Of a stretch of DNA of 64,000 bases, positions 1 to 12,953 are shown piece by piece. The translations under genes and the position numbers were made by a program. Source of the DNA: Hydrolagus colliei (lineage: Eukaryota); contig CM068743.1 of the NCBI GenBank assembly GCA_035084275.1, positions 37,510,001 to 37,574,000 of the forward strand, written 5' to 3'. Every line of letters begins with the position of its first letter. The first letter of the stretch is position 1. Below the pieces are notes generated by a model. It did not search any database, was not told the origin of the DNA, and worked only from the letters and a program-made list of their open reading frames with translations.

Positions 1-134
1 GTGCTCGCATACCGATTTTTTACCTCGATATATCGTTTTTCGATATATCGATATTTTTTAAATGTCTATATCGGCGTATCGATATGAAAATTATATCGGG
101 TTTTAGCGATATATCGATATATCGCTGGACCCTA
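1..134. mobile_element. Right end of a hAT MITE of the same family, apparently nested in a Tigger-like MITE ending at 274
   Basis: Ends GATATATCGCTGGACCCTA; the downstream flank ends GGTGCCGGATAAACTGGCTTTTACTG-TA. Confidence 0.75.
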
Positions 135-1109
135 GTCCGCAGTCAATTAACCGGAATAATGCATTTTTTAAAATTTAAAAACAATTTCGGGTGTGTTTTT
201 GGCTGAATATCCGGCACGCGCTTTAACCGGCATTGGTCAGGTCCCGAGGGTGCCGGATAAACTGGCTTTTACTGTAGTAGAATTTGATGCTTCACAATTT
301 CCAACAGTAGCAATTTACTCAGCGAATTGAGGAAATAATTTACACGTTATGGAAAAGGTAAACTGTGTACCAAATGACCATAAAGATACTTCAGTCGAAT
401 CTCATTACTCCCTAGAGACAAATAATGCTGCAGTCAATTTCACGTCGCAGGAACGTCTCAAAGCGCTTCACAGAACCAACCCGTCAACGAAAATGTTGAG
501 AACAGGCGCCATCTGCTGGAATTGTGATCCAGTAGAACAAGGGAAAAATGACTCCCGCAGTATAAAAGAAGGAAGCAGTTTAGAAACAATAGAGGAGATA
601 AAGACCAAACCACAAGGCTCAAATCTCCAACAAATTGCAGGGTTTCACAGTTTTAGGTATTCAAATCCTCAATTCAGTAAATCTGTGATTCTCACAGCTC
701 ACTAAAAGACCGGGATTATTATCAGAAAACCTTGCAGGTGTAAACTCCAGCTCTGTCAGAAAGCTTTATACCTAAAGTGGATTGAGTTGCTCTCAAATCT
801 ATATATTTTTTAAAATCGTAACTCTCCTGTTGCATTTCAAAGCTGGAGAAAATCTACCGGACTTCTGCATGTGTAATAATAATCCTTGCATTTTATATAG
901 CGCCTTAGCACGTCTTGAAGAGGCCTCAAAATGCATCACAGAATATACAACAAGAATTTAAGAATCGTTTCCCACTCTCCATCCATCATCTTCTCTTGAT
1001 ATTTCACTAAATACCTTTTAAATATTGGATTGCAATTATGCTATATGGAATCACATTAAATGACAATGGCACAAAACAAGCCTTTCTTCTGCCCAACTCG
1101 TGCATGTTG

Positions 1110-1562
1110 GCGTTCATCTCCCCCATCCTCGCCCGACTCCACTGGCTCCCCATCACTCAGAGCACCCAATTCAAGATCCTGGTCCTCACATTCAAACCTC
1201 GCCGCACCCTAAAACTGTGAACTCCTATCCCCCTACCAACTTGCCCGCCCCGTCCGCCCAGCAGGCTCCACCTGTTCCACATCCTCTGACCCACCTGCCC
1301 TACCACTGGCTTGCGAGCCTCCAGCCACTCTGCCCCCAACATCTGGAACTCCATCCCACAGTCCCTCCACCTCGCCCCCTCCCTGGCCTCCTTCAAGTAC
1401 CCTCCTCAAGATCCTCCTCTTCGATGGTCCCATCAGTCACTCTAAATGCCCCCCTTTCCCTCCACCCACCCCCTGTCCCCAGCTCACGTCTGAAAGAATG
1501 ACTGTCCAGAGCCTTGGGACGTCTTCCTGACGTGAAAGGCACTAAACAAGTGTAATTTTTTG
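1110..1562 (+). mobile_element. L2 LINE 3' fragment (second subfamily)
   Basis: [13 protein letters not shown]...FKILVLTFK; tail GGGACGTC..GTGAAAGGCAC..AAGTGTAATTTT. Confidence 0.85.
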
Positions 1563-1805
1563 TATTCACCACAAAACCCTCCAATCTGCTTGGAACCCTC
1601 TATTCATTTCTCCCTCCCTCGTATACGCATCAAAGTTTCCACTTGATAACATCGGATGCTAGTTTTCTCAATTATATTTTAACATGATCGCCAACATTAA
1701 CGGTGATGCGGTGAAGACATGGCTAAACATTAAAACCGTTTTGTGCAATTTGCACCCAAAGCTGACTGGAAGAAATTCAATTAAAACATTTATTTCCTCA
1801 CTGAC

Positions 1806-1936
1806 TTGATTTCCGGAGAGCGCGGTGGTGAAGGGGAACGTTCAGAAGTCACTGGTACGGCAGGAGATGGTGATGGCAATGGCTCTCGTGGTATTCCCGA
1901 AGGTACAGTGTTAGTGCTCGCGTCAACGTTTATATT
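1806..1936 (-). CDS. LARP4B: LARP4B coding exon NINVDASTNTVPSGIPREPLPSPSPAVPVTSERSPSPPRSPEI
   Basis: tttcag acceptor at 1937; similar to the DASVNT...ERSPSP region of LARP4B; donor AA|GTCAGT (an alternative GTGAGG lies 4 nt further on). Confidence 0.85.
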
Positions 1937-2072
1937 CTGAAACAAAAAAATTATCCAATATTGTAATCTAAATTTTCACACAGGTTCAAATACAAAGAAA
2001 TCATAGCTGCCCATTCCAAAGACAAGGCATTCATTTTATTTTGCTTTGTGAGTACTTCCAAATTAAATTACA

Positions 2073-2103
<31 letters not shown>

Positions 2104-2412
2104 CACCACCAATTTGCTTCAATTTGTATTTTAGATTCCTATTTTCTCTCCCCTTCCCCTGGTACTCCTCCAAATGGACGTCTTTCATGGTCAAAGCTAA
2201 ACAGCCAGTGTTAAAATCAGGCAAAAGGCCCTAAACCCATTCTCTCAAGCCCACATGAACACAGTTTCTAACATGGGAGACTGAACAGTCATCAGAAGCG
2301 CTAGCTGATTATTTTCTTCTCGTAGCCCTGAGGCCAGTTATCAGACACCCAACTAAGTACGGTTCCACGTCAATTTATTGTTCACCAATAAATCAGCTTT
2401 GTAAAGGTTTAA

Positions 2413-2715
2413 AATAATAATAATAATCCTTGCTTTTGATATAGCGTTTTTCACATCTTCCAGACGTCTCAAAGTGCTTCAGAGAATATACTGTAAAGTG
2501 AATTGACTGTATATTTGTGGGCGAAACACAGCAGCCAATTGCGCACAGCACTGTCCCACAAACAGTTGTGGATTGAAATGATCCATTTCATTATTGTGAT
2601 TTTGCTTGGAGGGATTATTATTAGGCGTGTGTGTGTGTGTGTAGGATGAGGAAGCTTGCGCAAGGTTTCGCCCTGACCTGCCTGGATTCGAACAAAGGTC
2701 TCACACTTGTAAAGC
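2413..2715 (-). mobile_element. tRNA-derived SINE (Deu-like core, L2-like tail)
   Basis: Family consensus GGGACA(C/G)TGCTGTGCGCAATTGGCTGC; tail ATCAAA(T/A)GCAAGGATTATTATT. Confidence 0.88.
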
Positions 2716-3323
2716 ACTGTGTTTAAGATTACCGTAGCCTTCTAGGCATTTCCTTCTCCTCAGATCACAAAAGACTGAAACAACCTGACAAATCAAGAAA
2801 TGTTTGATTCGCTAAATACAATTTGCTCCTTATGCATCCGGCTCAAAGTCAAACTTTCTCCCATATCACCTGCTATATTATAACATATGATTATAAAGCT
2901 AGGATGGCTGGTAAAGGTGGTGTTAATAATCTGTATAGCATACACTCACTGATGTCATTTGTTGGCATCAAAACTTAACGGGTTTCTGGTTTCACTTTGA
3001 TGCCTTTAAATACAGTATTATTTTTATTCACTGCAGTCAAAATAATTTTCCTTCTGAAAGAGATCAGTAACCAAAGGAATCAGTTGGGTTGTGTATGCAA
3101 ATTGTAGCATCATAGAAAACCAAAACAGTAGAAGCCACCTGATTAATTACACAGAGAGCCTCATTACATCAGGGGAAGAGTTTGAAGCTGAACTGGGGAA
3201 TAAAGAGGTGACTTGAGGTACAGTCAAAGAGGAAGGTGTGATCTGAGATAGGCAAACAGGGACCATAAAAGCACCAGTTCATTCACTGTGCACTACCATA
3301 GAAACACAACCAGTGCCAACTAT

Positions 3324-3638
3324 GGAGTCCTGTAGCTCAGTGGTTAGAGCACTTGCCTCACAAGCAAGAGACCTAGGTTTGATTCCCGGCAGAGCGAAAT
3401 GTTGGGCAAGTTTCCTTTCTCCACACGCCTGATAATAATCCCTCAAGAAATTAGAAAAATTGGTCACTTCAATCCACGACTGTTTGTGCGACACTTTCTG
3501 TGCACAATTGGCTGCTGCATTTGTCGCCCACAAATATACAGTCAACTCACTGTACAGTGTATTCAGTGAAGTGCTTTGAGACGGTTCGAAGACGTGATAA
3601 GGCGCTATATCAAATCCAAGGAGTATTATTTTATTATT
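3324..3638 (+). mobile_element. tRNA-derived SINE
   Basis: A box TAGCTCAGTGG, B-box-like GGTTTGATTCC, family body and tail. Confidence 0.88.
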
Positions 3639-4274
3639 AGAAGTAAAACGGCCAACTTCAATGCCATCAGGTCTCCTCAACACGTGCTGCTAATTTGGGG
3701 GGTCTCTGGTTTCACTTTGATGTCTTTAAATACAGTAAATGTCAGGGTCCTTAGATGCCAGATCTAGAGCGGCTCAATGCGAGCAGCGGCAAGTGTAAAC
3801 TAGGCGACCTTCTCCTAGACCTTTGGGAGAAAAGCAGATAAGCTGAACTGGCAAAGACATAAACTATTAAACCACAAACATGCTTTCAGCAGCAGTCTAA
3901 ACCTGAAAAGAAGAACAACAACAACTCTACATTTAAAGAGCGCCTTTCACGTCAGGAGGATGTCCTAAGGAGCTGAACGGTCAGGTCGGGACCCGAACAA
4001 TGGAGAGGGGTAGGTAGGGGGAAGGGGCAGGAGAGAGTTAGGAGGGGAGTGATAGAGTTGGGAGAGCAGCAGAAGGGAAGGCGAAGAAGAAGGTCTTGAG
4101 ACCAGCCTTGAAGGAGGCAAGGGAGAGAGCGAGGGGAAGGGACTGTGGGATGGAGTTCCACAATTCATCATTTAAACCGGCAAGTTTATACAGGAGCTTC
4201 ATTGGTGAAGGCAATCGTTTTAAAATCAGTTCTTACTCTTAACAAAACATGTGTTTCAGTAACTCGCACAGTAC

Positions 4275-4454
4275 CTGCACAATTGGTGTCTTTTCTTTTG
4301 AAATCCCTTTTACTATATTGGATAATCTGGTCTCAAGTATCTGCTCAGTTTTGAGATTGCCTGCCGCTCCAGGCAGGGGAGGAAAGTTGGATAACCCCAG
4401 CTCAAAATTGGGAGACGGAGGCTTCGGCGGAGGAGGCGACTGTGTCTGGGGTCT
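4275..4454 (-). CDS. LARP4B: LARP4B coding exon RPQTQSPPPPKPPSPNFELGLSNFPPLPGAAGNLKTE...PIVQ
   Basis: tttcag acceptor, CAG|GTACTG donor, 180 nt, phase 0-0; conserved FELGLSxFPPLPG motif. Confidence 0.93.
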
Positions 4455-6219
4455 CTGAAAACACAATAAGATTACTGAAACATTGTCGATTGAATACCCG
4501 GGGAAAACCTCGGCCGAGACTAACCGGATTGATACATGCGCATACATACTTTTAGTATTGATATTTAGTATACATACATACATACATAAAGAACATACAT
4601 TCATAACATTTCCTGCTCTGTCTAACCTTCCAGGTGGCATTACATCAAATTGGTAGACAGCATTTACAGATACCAATTACAAACTGCCTTCGCCTCAATA
4701 CCATCACATAAAATAAACTGCATTAAATTTCAATAGTTTGACATTTTAAATATATTCCTTCCAATTTAGTGTCACGCCATCCTGGACCAGCCACAATGAC
4801 ATTTTTATGCTCGGACTTGAGCTGAGTAGAAGGGAAGATAAACAGACAGGTTTGAATTCATTACTTTATGCAAAGAATGGGAAAACTATGGAATAAATAA
4901 CCAGGTGATGTGTGGAGATAGGCTGGGTCTACAAATACAAGGAAGAATTAAGAGAGCCGTTGAATAAATCAATGTATGTAATCAATATATGCGTTTAAGA
5001 GATTAGATTTTTTGTTTGAGAGCATTAATTATAATTAATCTGGGAGCACGATGGTAGACATTAGAATGGCTTTTCTTGTTCCCAGATTGTGACCAGCAAG
5101 ATGGAATATGATGAGGTGGGTGGGTGGAGGGATTTGTAGGGAATAAAATAGTAAATGTGGAAGAGAATATGGGAAATAGGAAATTGGTATTAGGACTGAT
5201 GACTTAATTACCCACTTTACAACAAATGATCCCCACCGTGTCAGATTTTGATGGTTATGTTTTATTAATATCACACAGTAACTGCATGAGTGTGGAAGGC
5301 ACAGTCTTAGCGATGGAGGTTTTGTCAAAATACTTTGTTTCCAGTGGAGAGGGGGGGAAGGGAGGGAAGGAACAGAATTCAAGCAGGGTTGTGTTCTGCC
5401 ACAAAGCCTTTTCAGATTGTTCTTTGCAATTATAGCAAATGAGGCCACTTGGAACTTGTTGAAAGGTGCACACACTATAATCAACTATTCAATTTGGATT
5501 TCTATTGGGGGTAATGGAAGGCAGTGGCACACGTTTAGATTTTGAATTTTCCACAGAGCAAATTGCCAACTACTGCAAAAATGCCAACAATATCAGAATC
5601 ATCTTCTAATCGTCTCAATGTGCTTCACAGAATATACTGTAAGGTGAATTAACTGTATATTTGTGGGCGAATCGAGGCAGCCAACTGCGCACAGCAGTGT
5701 CCCACAGACAGTCACGGATTGAAATGACCAATTAATTATTGTTTTTTTCGGGATTATTATTAGGCTTGTGGAGTAAGGATTATTATTACACCAGTAGAGT
5801 CATCAACTCAAAGGTGAATATTTTTTATATGTCTGAAACTAATTGTTCCAATCGCATAAATTACAAAATGACAATATGATATGGCGCCTAATCACATCTT
5901 TGAGACGTCTCAAAGCGCTTCACACAGTAATGTACTGTGAAGTGAATTGACTGCAATATTTTGTGGGCAAAACATAGAGAAACATAGAGAATGAGAAACT
6001 GTTCTGTTTGAATAAACTGAAAATGGTCATAATCCCCCGGAAAACCAACTAGCAGCAATGTTTCATGTCGTCATAAACCTCTCTTTCCCCCACCACAACT
6101 AATCAGCTAACTGAAAGCTAAGGAACTTAATACTAGCCCGAATCAGCATCTCTGCGCTCGAGTGTTGTACATTGACTCTCTAACCTTAATGAGAATATTT
6201 AAGCCTTAAACCTGCTCAC

Positions 6220-6265
6220 CATGAACTTGTCTTCCCTTTTCTTCCGATTACTGTACAAATTCTTC
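6220..6265 (-). CDS. LARP4B: LARP4B 46-nt coding exon KNLYSNRKKREDKFM
   Basis: tttcag acceptor, ATG|GTGAGC donor; phase 2 to 0; resembles KNSFGYRKKREEKF. Confidence 0.9.
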
Positions 6266-6621
6266 CTGAAACACAAAAATATATTTAATCGACCAAAACA
6301 AATTACATTCAATCTTAAGACACCAATCTATTATTTAGATCATAATAGGAATCTCAAAAACATTGTGTTATTTCAGTGCCTTGGGAAGTCCTACCGATGT
6401 GAAAGGTGCTATATATACACAGTAGAAGCGGAAAATGTCAATTCTTTCAAGAACACATTAGATAGACTTCTGTTAGGGAATAAGATCTCGGGTCAAGATA
6501 AATAGTTTGGGGCATGACATGCGACTGCCAGATGGAGACTGCAATGGACCTTGGTCTTCTTTGTCTTATCTATGGGACATTATTTTAAACAAGAGAGACT
6601 TCAAATAGAATCCATACTAAC

Positions 6622-6873
6622 TTTCCTCGGCCCATGCTGGATGACGTATCGAGATTGATCTGCTCTGGTCTTCCAGTACCAGGGTCCCTCTTATTGTAAC
6701 CTGTGTTGTTATGGATCCGAGGCCTGTTGGGTCCCACCGGCCGCATTTGTGGACTTCGCACGCCATTCAACAGACGATCAGCAGAAAAATTGAATATTGT
6801 GGGGCTCTCCAGAAGGCCTGGTCCGCGGTCTGTGTTCGGTAATGTCGCCCGCAGGTGGGATTTACTGTGGTTC
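6622..6873 (-). CDS. LARP4B: LARP4B coding exon NHSKSHLRATLPNTDRGPGLLESPTIFNFSADRLLNGVRSPQ...MGRG
   Basis: ttttag acceptor, AA|GTTAGT donor, 252 nt, phase 2-2; RGPGLLESPxIFNFxADRL is conserved in LARP4B. Confidence 0.95.
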
Positions 6874-7028
6874 CTAAAATGACACCCCCCCCCCAAACAA
6901 AATTGCACGCTTAAGAGTAGAAATCATCTTACTGTATTGAAAGAGAGAAAACCATACTTGGGTATTTTTAAACACCTTATGTCGAAACTCAGTGCGCTTC
7001 ATTGCGATTATTGTCAAGTTATCTAATT

Positions 7029-7348
7029 GTCCTGTAGCTCAGTGGTCAGAACACTCGCCTTACATGCGCGAAACATGTGTTCGGATCCAGGCAGGTCAGG
7101 GCGAAACCATGGGCATGTTTCCTAACTCCACATATGCGCCTAATAATAATCCATCAAAAATAAAAACAATAATAAATTGATCATTTCAATCCATGACTGT
7201 TTGTGGGGACAATGCTGTGCACAATTGGCTGCCGCATTTTGCCCACAAATATACAGTCAATTCACTTTACAGTATATTCTGTGAAGTGCTTTGAGATGTC
7301 TAGAAGACATGAAAAGTGCTACATCAAAATGCAAGGATTATTATTATT
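7029..7348 (+). mobile_element. tRNA-derived SINE
   Basis: Full head, body and (TTA)n tail. Confidence 0.88.
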
Positions 7349-7852
7349 GTTGTCTTTGAATGCAAATATAATATTCTGAAAATGCATGCTACAGGCTGGC
7401 TGGAAGTTGCTTTGAAGTGCAGTGGAACAATAGACCACACCAGCAACTTCCACAAACAATGAAATGAATGAGCGATTCATCCACTTTGGTGAATTTGACC
7501 TGGTGAGCCAAACTGTCTATAATCCATCCAACTGATACAACAGATTACAGCCAAAAGCAAAAAAGAACCGGAATTCCTCTCCTCCCTCCCTCCCCCACCC
7601 ACCATTCTCCATTCCCCTGACGGAAACTTATTTTAATCACTGGAACCACATTTATCGGTTTTCTATTTTTTAGGTTCTTTAATCCAAAAACAAGCAAAAA
7701 GAAATCCACCAAAGCTTCACATATTAAGAGCGTTAAATAATAACTCAATAATTCCAACGTTTCTCACTCTCTCTCTCTGCCCACAAACATGAAGAAATCC
7801 ACATTGCATTAGGTTTTATTTAGTTTGGAAATTTACGTACCAAAGATCGTAC

Positions 7853-7962
7853 CTGTTTCTAGGATTATAGTGTCTGAGTGTTGTCAGTGGGGCTGCAGCA
7901 GATTTGAAGTTCGGGGCCGTGGTAAATCCATTGATGAAACCTGCACTTGGAAACGGGGCAAC
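7853..7962 (-). CDS. LARP4B: LARP4B coding exon VAPFPSAGFINGFTTAPNFKSAAAPLTTLRHYNPRN
   Basis: ttgtag acceptor, AG|GTACGA donor, 110 nt, phase 0 to 2. Confidence 0.93.
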
Positions 7963-9786
7963 CTACAAAGAAATAATAAATGACACTGTGCACAACGAAT
8001 GTAATATTCAATATAACAACAACAACTTGGATTTATATAGTGCCCTCACTCCACGCCGGGCGGCATCTCGGAGCGCTTCACAATAACGGATCCCAGGGCC
8101 GAGCTGGGATCAGGGGGAAAAAAGTGACCGAAGGCGCGGTCAAACAGAAAGGTCTTTAGCCAAGACCTGAAACTAGGAAGAGAGGGGGTGAGGCGAAGGG
8201 AGTTCCAGAGCCTCGAGGCATAGTGGCTGAAGACACAGCCGCAGATGCTGGAGCGGATACATGACACACTACACAACGAAAGGCAAGACTAGTTTGGGAA
8301 CCTTTACTGCATATGTTCCTAGGACATTTGGGATGTTTGGAACCAGTAAATTAGTAAAAAAAAATTAAGGTTAATGTGTCACCCCCCTGTATAAATGTGA
8401 ACCAGCTTGGAGTGAAATGTGAACCGGTTTATCAGGAAAGCAACTAGGTTACAAGTTCCAAATGTTAACTTGGAACCAGGATTATATTTCAGACTAAATT
8501 TCAGACTCGATTACACGTACAAACTGTATAATGCAGTGACGTGGATTGAATCGAAGAGTTAAGACTAATATTCAAAATGGAGAAGCTGTTTGAACAACTT
8601 TCATGGGATCATTTTGATGCTCATAGTTCAAGGGGTGATAAAGACTGCAGCTTGGGCTTTCGAAAGCTTTAAAAATCTCCAATAAATGTGTTGGAATTCT
8701 TTGAAGAGGTTGAGAGCCAGTGGATACAATTACCTGCTTTTGGCGACGGTGTTGACAAGCAATCAATACATGAGAATTTAAAAAAATGTCATAGCCTTCA
8801 TCTTTAAATTGCATTTAAATTGTTTGGCTTAACAAAAAGCAACAGAGAATAGGGGTGGAAAAGGAAGAAAAAGCTACACATTTGTAAATAGAAGGCTGTG
8901 TTCTTGGTTCTATACTCTAAAGCAGAACCAAAATTGGCTCCCGTGGATAATCAAGGTTCCAATTACACACACACTTTACAGCAAAACAGGCTGACTGTGG
9001 AGCTATGAATTAACCAGGAAGTGGAATGCCCACTTCTGGCTCCGGCTATTCAATTTACAGCCCTTTTTAAAAAAAACGAAACGTTGACATCAGATCACCA
9101 CTGATTTAACTTCTTGTGGAAAATGCATCAGCCCCACTGATATCACTTTGCAAAGCTAGAATCATCATCAGCAACCCAACAGCCAACAAATCAGACATTT
9201 TTTTCTCAAGTTAGTTTGTAAAACAGCCTCATGACTGTTGGAACCTAGAAGATGATGGTACGTGAAGTTCTCTGTACAATTCCTGATCCAATAAGATTAA
9301 AATGAACACTAATCTGCCAATTAGGCTTTGGTGTTTCATTATTATACAAAACAGAGTTACACTGCTTGAGGGATAAACTTACAAAACATTTTCTATACTC
9401 TGTATACTGTTGCTTAAATGCTCTTTTGAATTGCAAACTTTATAGGACCCATTTAAACTGCACCGAAGTCATGGACAACATCACAATGGATTTAACAATA
9501 TAACCACAATAAATAATCTGGCAATTAATATTACAATTGAGAACGATATGATCAGAAGAATTTGCTTCTAAATTAAAGGGAATAGAAGAACAAATGGGAG
9601 CCTAAAGAGTACAGCAAAGTAAACTAAATGTTCTGCCAATATATCTTTTAAAAAAAGGAAATTTCAGCCCAGATATTCTTACATGACTCAATTAACAACA
9701 AACAGTTAATATTAACCAGGTATTTTTTAGACTTAGTCGTTGAAGAAAATCAAATGGTATAAACATTTCTGAAGTACCTCTTTGTA

Positions 9787-10038
9787 TAATAATAATCCTT
9801 GCATTTGATATAGAGCTTTTCACATCTTCTGCGCTTCACAGATTTTACTGTAAAGTGAATTGACTATATTTGTGGGTGAAACGCAACAGCCAATTGTGTG
9901 ACCAATTTTTTATTCCTTGAGGAACCATTATTAGGCGTGTGGAGTAAGGAAACTTGCCCAAGGTTTTGCCCTGCCCGGAATCAAACCCAGATCTCTCGTT
10001 TGTGAGGCGAGTTCCCTAACCACTGATACGGTACTCCA
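9787..10038 (-). mobile_element. tRNA-derived SINE
   Basis: Family consensus, reverse strand. Confidence 0.82.
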
Positions 10039-11831
10039 CGATTTTTGTGTGATTTTAAAGTATGTTGGGAGGTATTATTATAAAATAAGAGTACTCTTGA
10101 AAGGTAGAATGTCAGACATGAGGTATACCTTATGAAGCTGTGTTGTACAATGGTCGGAACAAAATTGACTCTTTAATAATAATATACAATAAATTGAATA
10201 CAGATTTGGTTTGGAAACCAACCCGCTGTCCTCATGGAAAGCTATTTTACCTTTGAGAACTGAAGTTGATTGTTGTACTATTTTCAATATAAGGCACTGC
10301 TAAATATAAAAGTTAAGGAACTCACAATTCTTAGTTCTGAGCAGCATGCAAGGATTTCCCTTATGTGCGTGCAGAAGCACATAAGGGAAATCATATCAGT
10401 GTCCAATCTGGTTTAACTAGGAGTCAAATGGATGGCACCCGTTCACACTTGCATGACGATAAAATACACATTCGTCAGAAATTCGACCATTTATGAAGAT
10501 GACGATACGGGTCACTGTATTTTCAAAAAAAAAAACTCTTCTCGTTGGTGGTGGTTCAGTGCAAGCATTGCTTGTGTTCAAAGGTTACCGACTATTTGAA
10601 GGCGGGGTGGGAATAGTGCACAGAACGAAGAGCTAAAGCCCAAGGAAAGCTAAAAACATTGCACTGACTGATTCGCCAACCGACACCTATTTCTCTACAC
10701 CTTCCACAGAATTGATTTTTGACTTCCAATGCAGGCAACTTTCCCCCAAATGCCATTAAATGGCATGCTATCAGCCAGGAACGTTCGAGCAAAGTACGAC
10801 TGGACAGCTTAGCGACGTTCATGAAACGTTGCCTTCTTCTGAAAGCCCATGTAAGTAAGTAAAGCATGGTTGATCCCAAAGCCTCAACTCTGTATAGATT
10901 GCTCCACATGGTTGGACCACCATTATAATCTATATCTAAGATGGAGCCTTATTTAGCGCCATGTAGCCAACGCGCCAATTTAGCTAACTTCCGACAGGAT
11001 TCAATTTCCTTTTTCTTTTTTTTTATATAGAAAAAAAAACAGGAAATATGAAAGCATGACAAACATTAATTTAAAAATTAAGTCTACACTCCAACGTGCT
11101 TACCATCAAATGGTAGGACACTGGCTCGAACCGATTCCCCCACCTGGTGAAATCCCCATTCTCAGCTGTGTTCTTGGGGAGGTGCTGTGCAGAGGCCAGT
11201 CACTTCCTCACAAGGAAGAAAGGGGAGAAAAAAAAAGACAAGTCATCCAGGACTAATCTCATGCACCTCCAAACAGGTGGTTTATAGAGTGGCATTGACA
11301 GAGACCTGGGAGCAAGTTCCCCGCCTGCCCGCTCAGCTGGGGAATAGTGAATGTTATGAAAACCAAAAATTTTTAAAAAGGAGGAAAAATAAAATAACTT
11401 TCTCCCCTCAAGAAACGCTGGAAATAAAGAATATTTGACATGGGGAAATAGTGGATGTGTTTACGTTAGTCCTGTTCAGCCTTCCTAACAATGGGGGCAC
11501 AACCTTTTGTGAAGATTGCCGGGAGCTAATTTCTTCCTGCAACGGGCCATATAAAGCAAAGGAAAAGCTCACAGAAGTAGAAATTACAGGACCTCAAGTC
11601 GTTGAAAGAAATATTAAATTGACGGGTGTTGCAAATGCGCTTCGAATCGTATTTGTGCAACCGTTTAAAAGTTAAAGAGAGAATATGAAAGCACCGAAAA
11701 CATCAGCCGTTTTGTGTTCAATAGGCTCCAATCTGGCACAAAAATAAACAATTCTAAACAACAACAGAGCAATTTTCTGCTGGCAAAGGTTAATAAGCAA
11801 GCAAAAACATTTCCAAACTCAGAGCACTCAC

Positions 11832-12038
11832 CAATGTTGGATCCAGGTAGCTGTGTGTTGCAGACCAAGACTGAGGAGTAAGAAGGCTATAAAGTGGAAA
11901 TTGCTGTTGGGGGCTGTAGAGAGGAGGTACATAAAATGATGTGTACCGTTGCTGAGTGTACAGGTTCATATCAATCGGTCTGTAACCATTCTTTGGCAGG
12001 AAAGTATTGATAGCCATTGGCTTTGCTTTTATCCTTGC
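11832..12038 (-). CDS. LARP4B: LARP4B coding exon ARIKAKPMAINTFLPKNGYRP...SWSATHSYLDPTL
   Basis: ttccag acceptor, TTG|GTGAGT donor, 207 nt. Confidence 0.96.
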
Positions 12039-12132
12039 CTGGAAGAAATGTACCAGCCAGTCAGTCACCGACAAATTCACGTCACAAAACGTCCCAACAA
12101 AGGAAATGTTGCATCATTTCAAAAAGTGTTAC

Positions 12133-12186
12133 CTTTATAGGTCGCCCTTGGAAAGTTTTCACTTCTTCGCGAAGATATCTGTAAGC
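12133..12186 (-). CDS. LARP4B: LARP4B coding exon AYRYLREEVKTFQGRPIK (end of RRM)
   Basis: ggtcag acceptor, AAG|GTAACA donor, 54 nt. Confidence 0.96.
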
Positions 12187-12371
12187 CTGACCAAAAACAC
12201 ACACAGGAAGCCATCAACCTCACATAGGCCTTTTTCTTTTAAAAGGTTTAAAATAAATACGAGTTCTGTTGCAAACTTAAAATCAAAAGCCACAAAGTAT
12301 AATGATTTGCCAAAAAAATTTTAAAAATAAAATCCTGCTTTTCTAACTCTAATTGCTTCGTACCCAGGTAC

Positions 12372-12953
12372 TAGGGACCGTCGATATGGGAAATTTCCGA
12401 TATGGATCTATCGGTTGGCTCATATCGATATATACCGATATATTCGGGTTTTTTATACTGCGCATGCAGTACCTCCTATCTCCTCAGGAGGTAAATATCT
12501 CTCTCCCTGTGTCTCTCACACTCACTCTCTCCATCTCTCTCTCTCTCTCTCTGTCTCTCCCTCCCTCTCCTCTCCCCCACCCCACCCCGTCTCTCCCCTC
12601 CCCTCCCCGCCCCCCCTCCCCCCTCTCCCTCCCTCTCCCCCCACCCCTTGTATACCTGTATATTGTATTCGAGGACTATGAATACAATATGGCAGCTTGC
12701 ACCTCAGTCTGCGCATTGTGTAGAGATGAGCATTCTGGGTCTTGTAGTTCAGTGCGCGCGCATTCGGGGTATGCACGCATTCGGATGTGCGCGCGCATTC
12801 CATGCTCTAGGCCCAGGAGGTTGCAATGCCGGAGACAAGGTACCGATTTTTTTTATATCGAATTTTTTGTTATATCGATATATTTTAAATTTCGATATCG
12901 GCATATCGATATGAAAATTATATCGGATATAACCGATATATCGACGGGCCCTA
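12372..12953. mobile_element. hAT-type non-autonomous MITE (ATCGAT/GATATATCG-rich)
   Basis: TIR TAGGG(A/C)CCGTCGATAT; perfect 8-bp TSD CCAGGTAC at 12364-12371 and 12954-12961. Confidence 0.92.

Noticed and set aside
349-705. 118-aa plus-strand ORF
   Set aside because: Includes a SINE/L2 tail fragment; no recognisable homology or splice support
3324-3400. tRNA-like sequences (also at 7029, 14830, 23429, 38317, 60244 and others)
   Set aside because: Each continues into the same SINE body and (TTA)n tail, so they are SINE heads, not tRNA genes
2976-3737. About 40-bp direct repeat (TCTGGTTTCACTTTGATGYCTTTAAATACAGTA) about 720 bp apart
   Set aside because: Real but short; probably a local duplication or old repeat with no supportable function
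10592-10909. ORF containing YRVEALGST
   Set aside because: Faint resemblance to an old LINE RT C-terminus; too degraded to call
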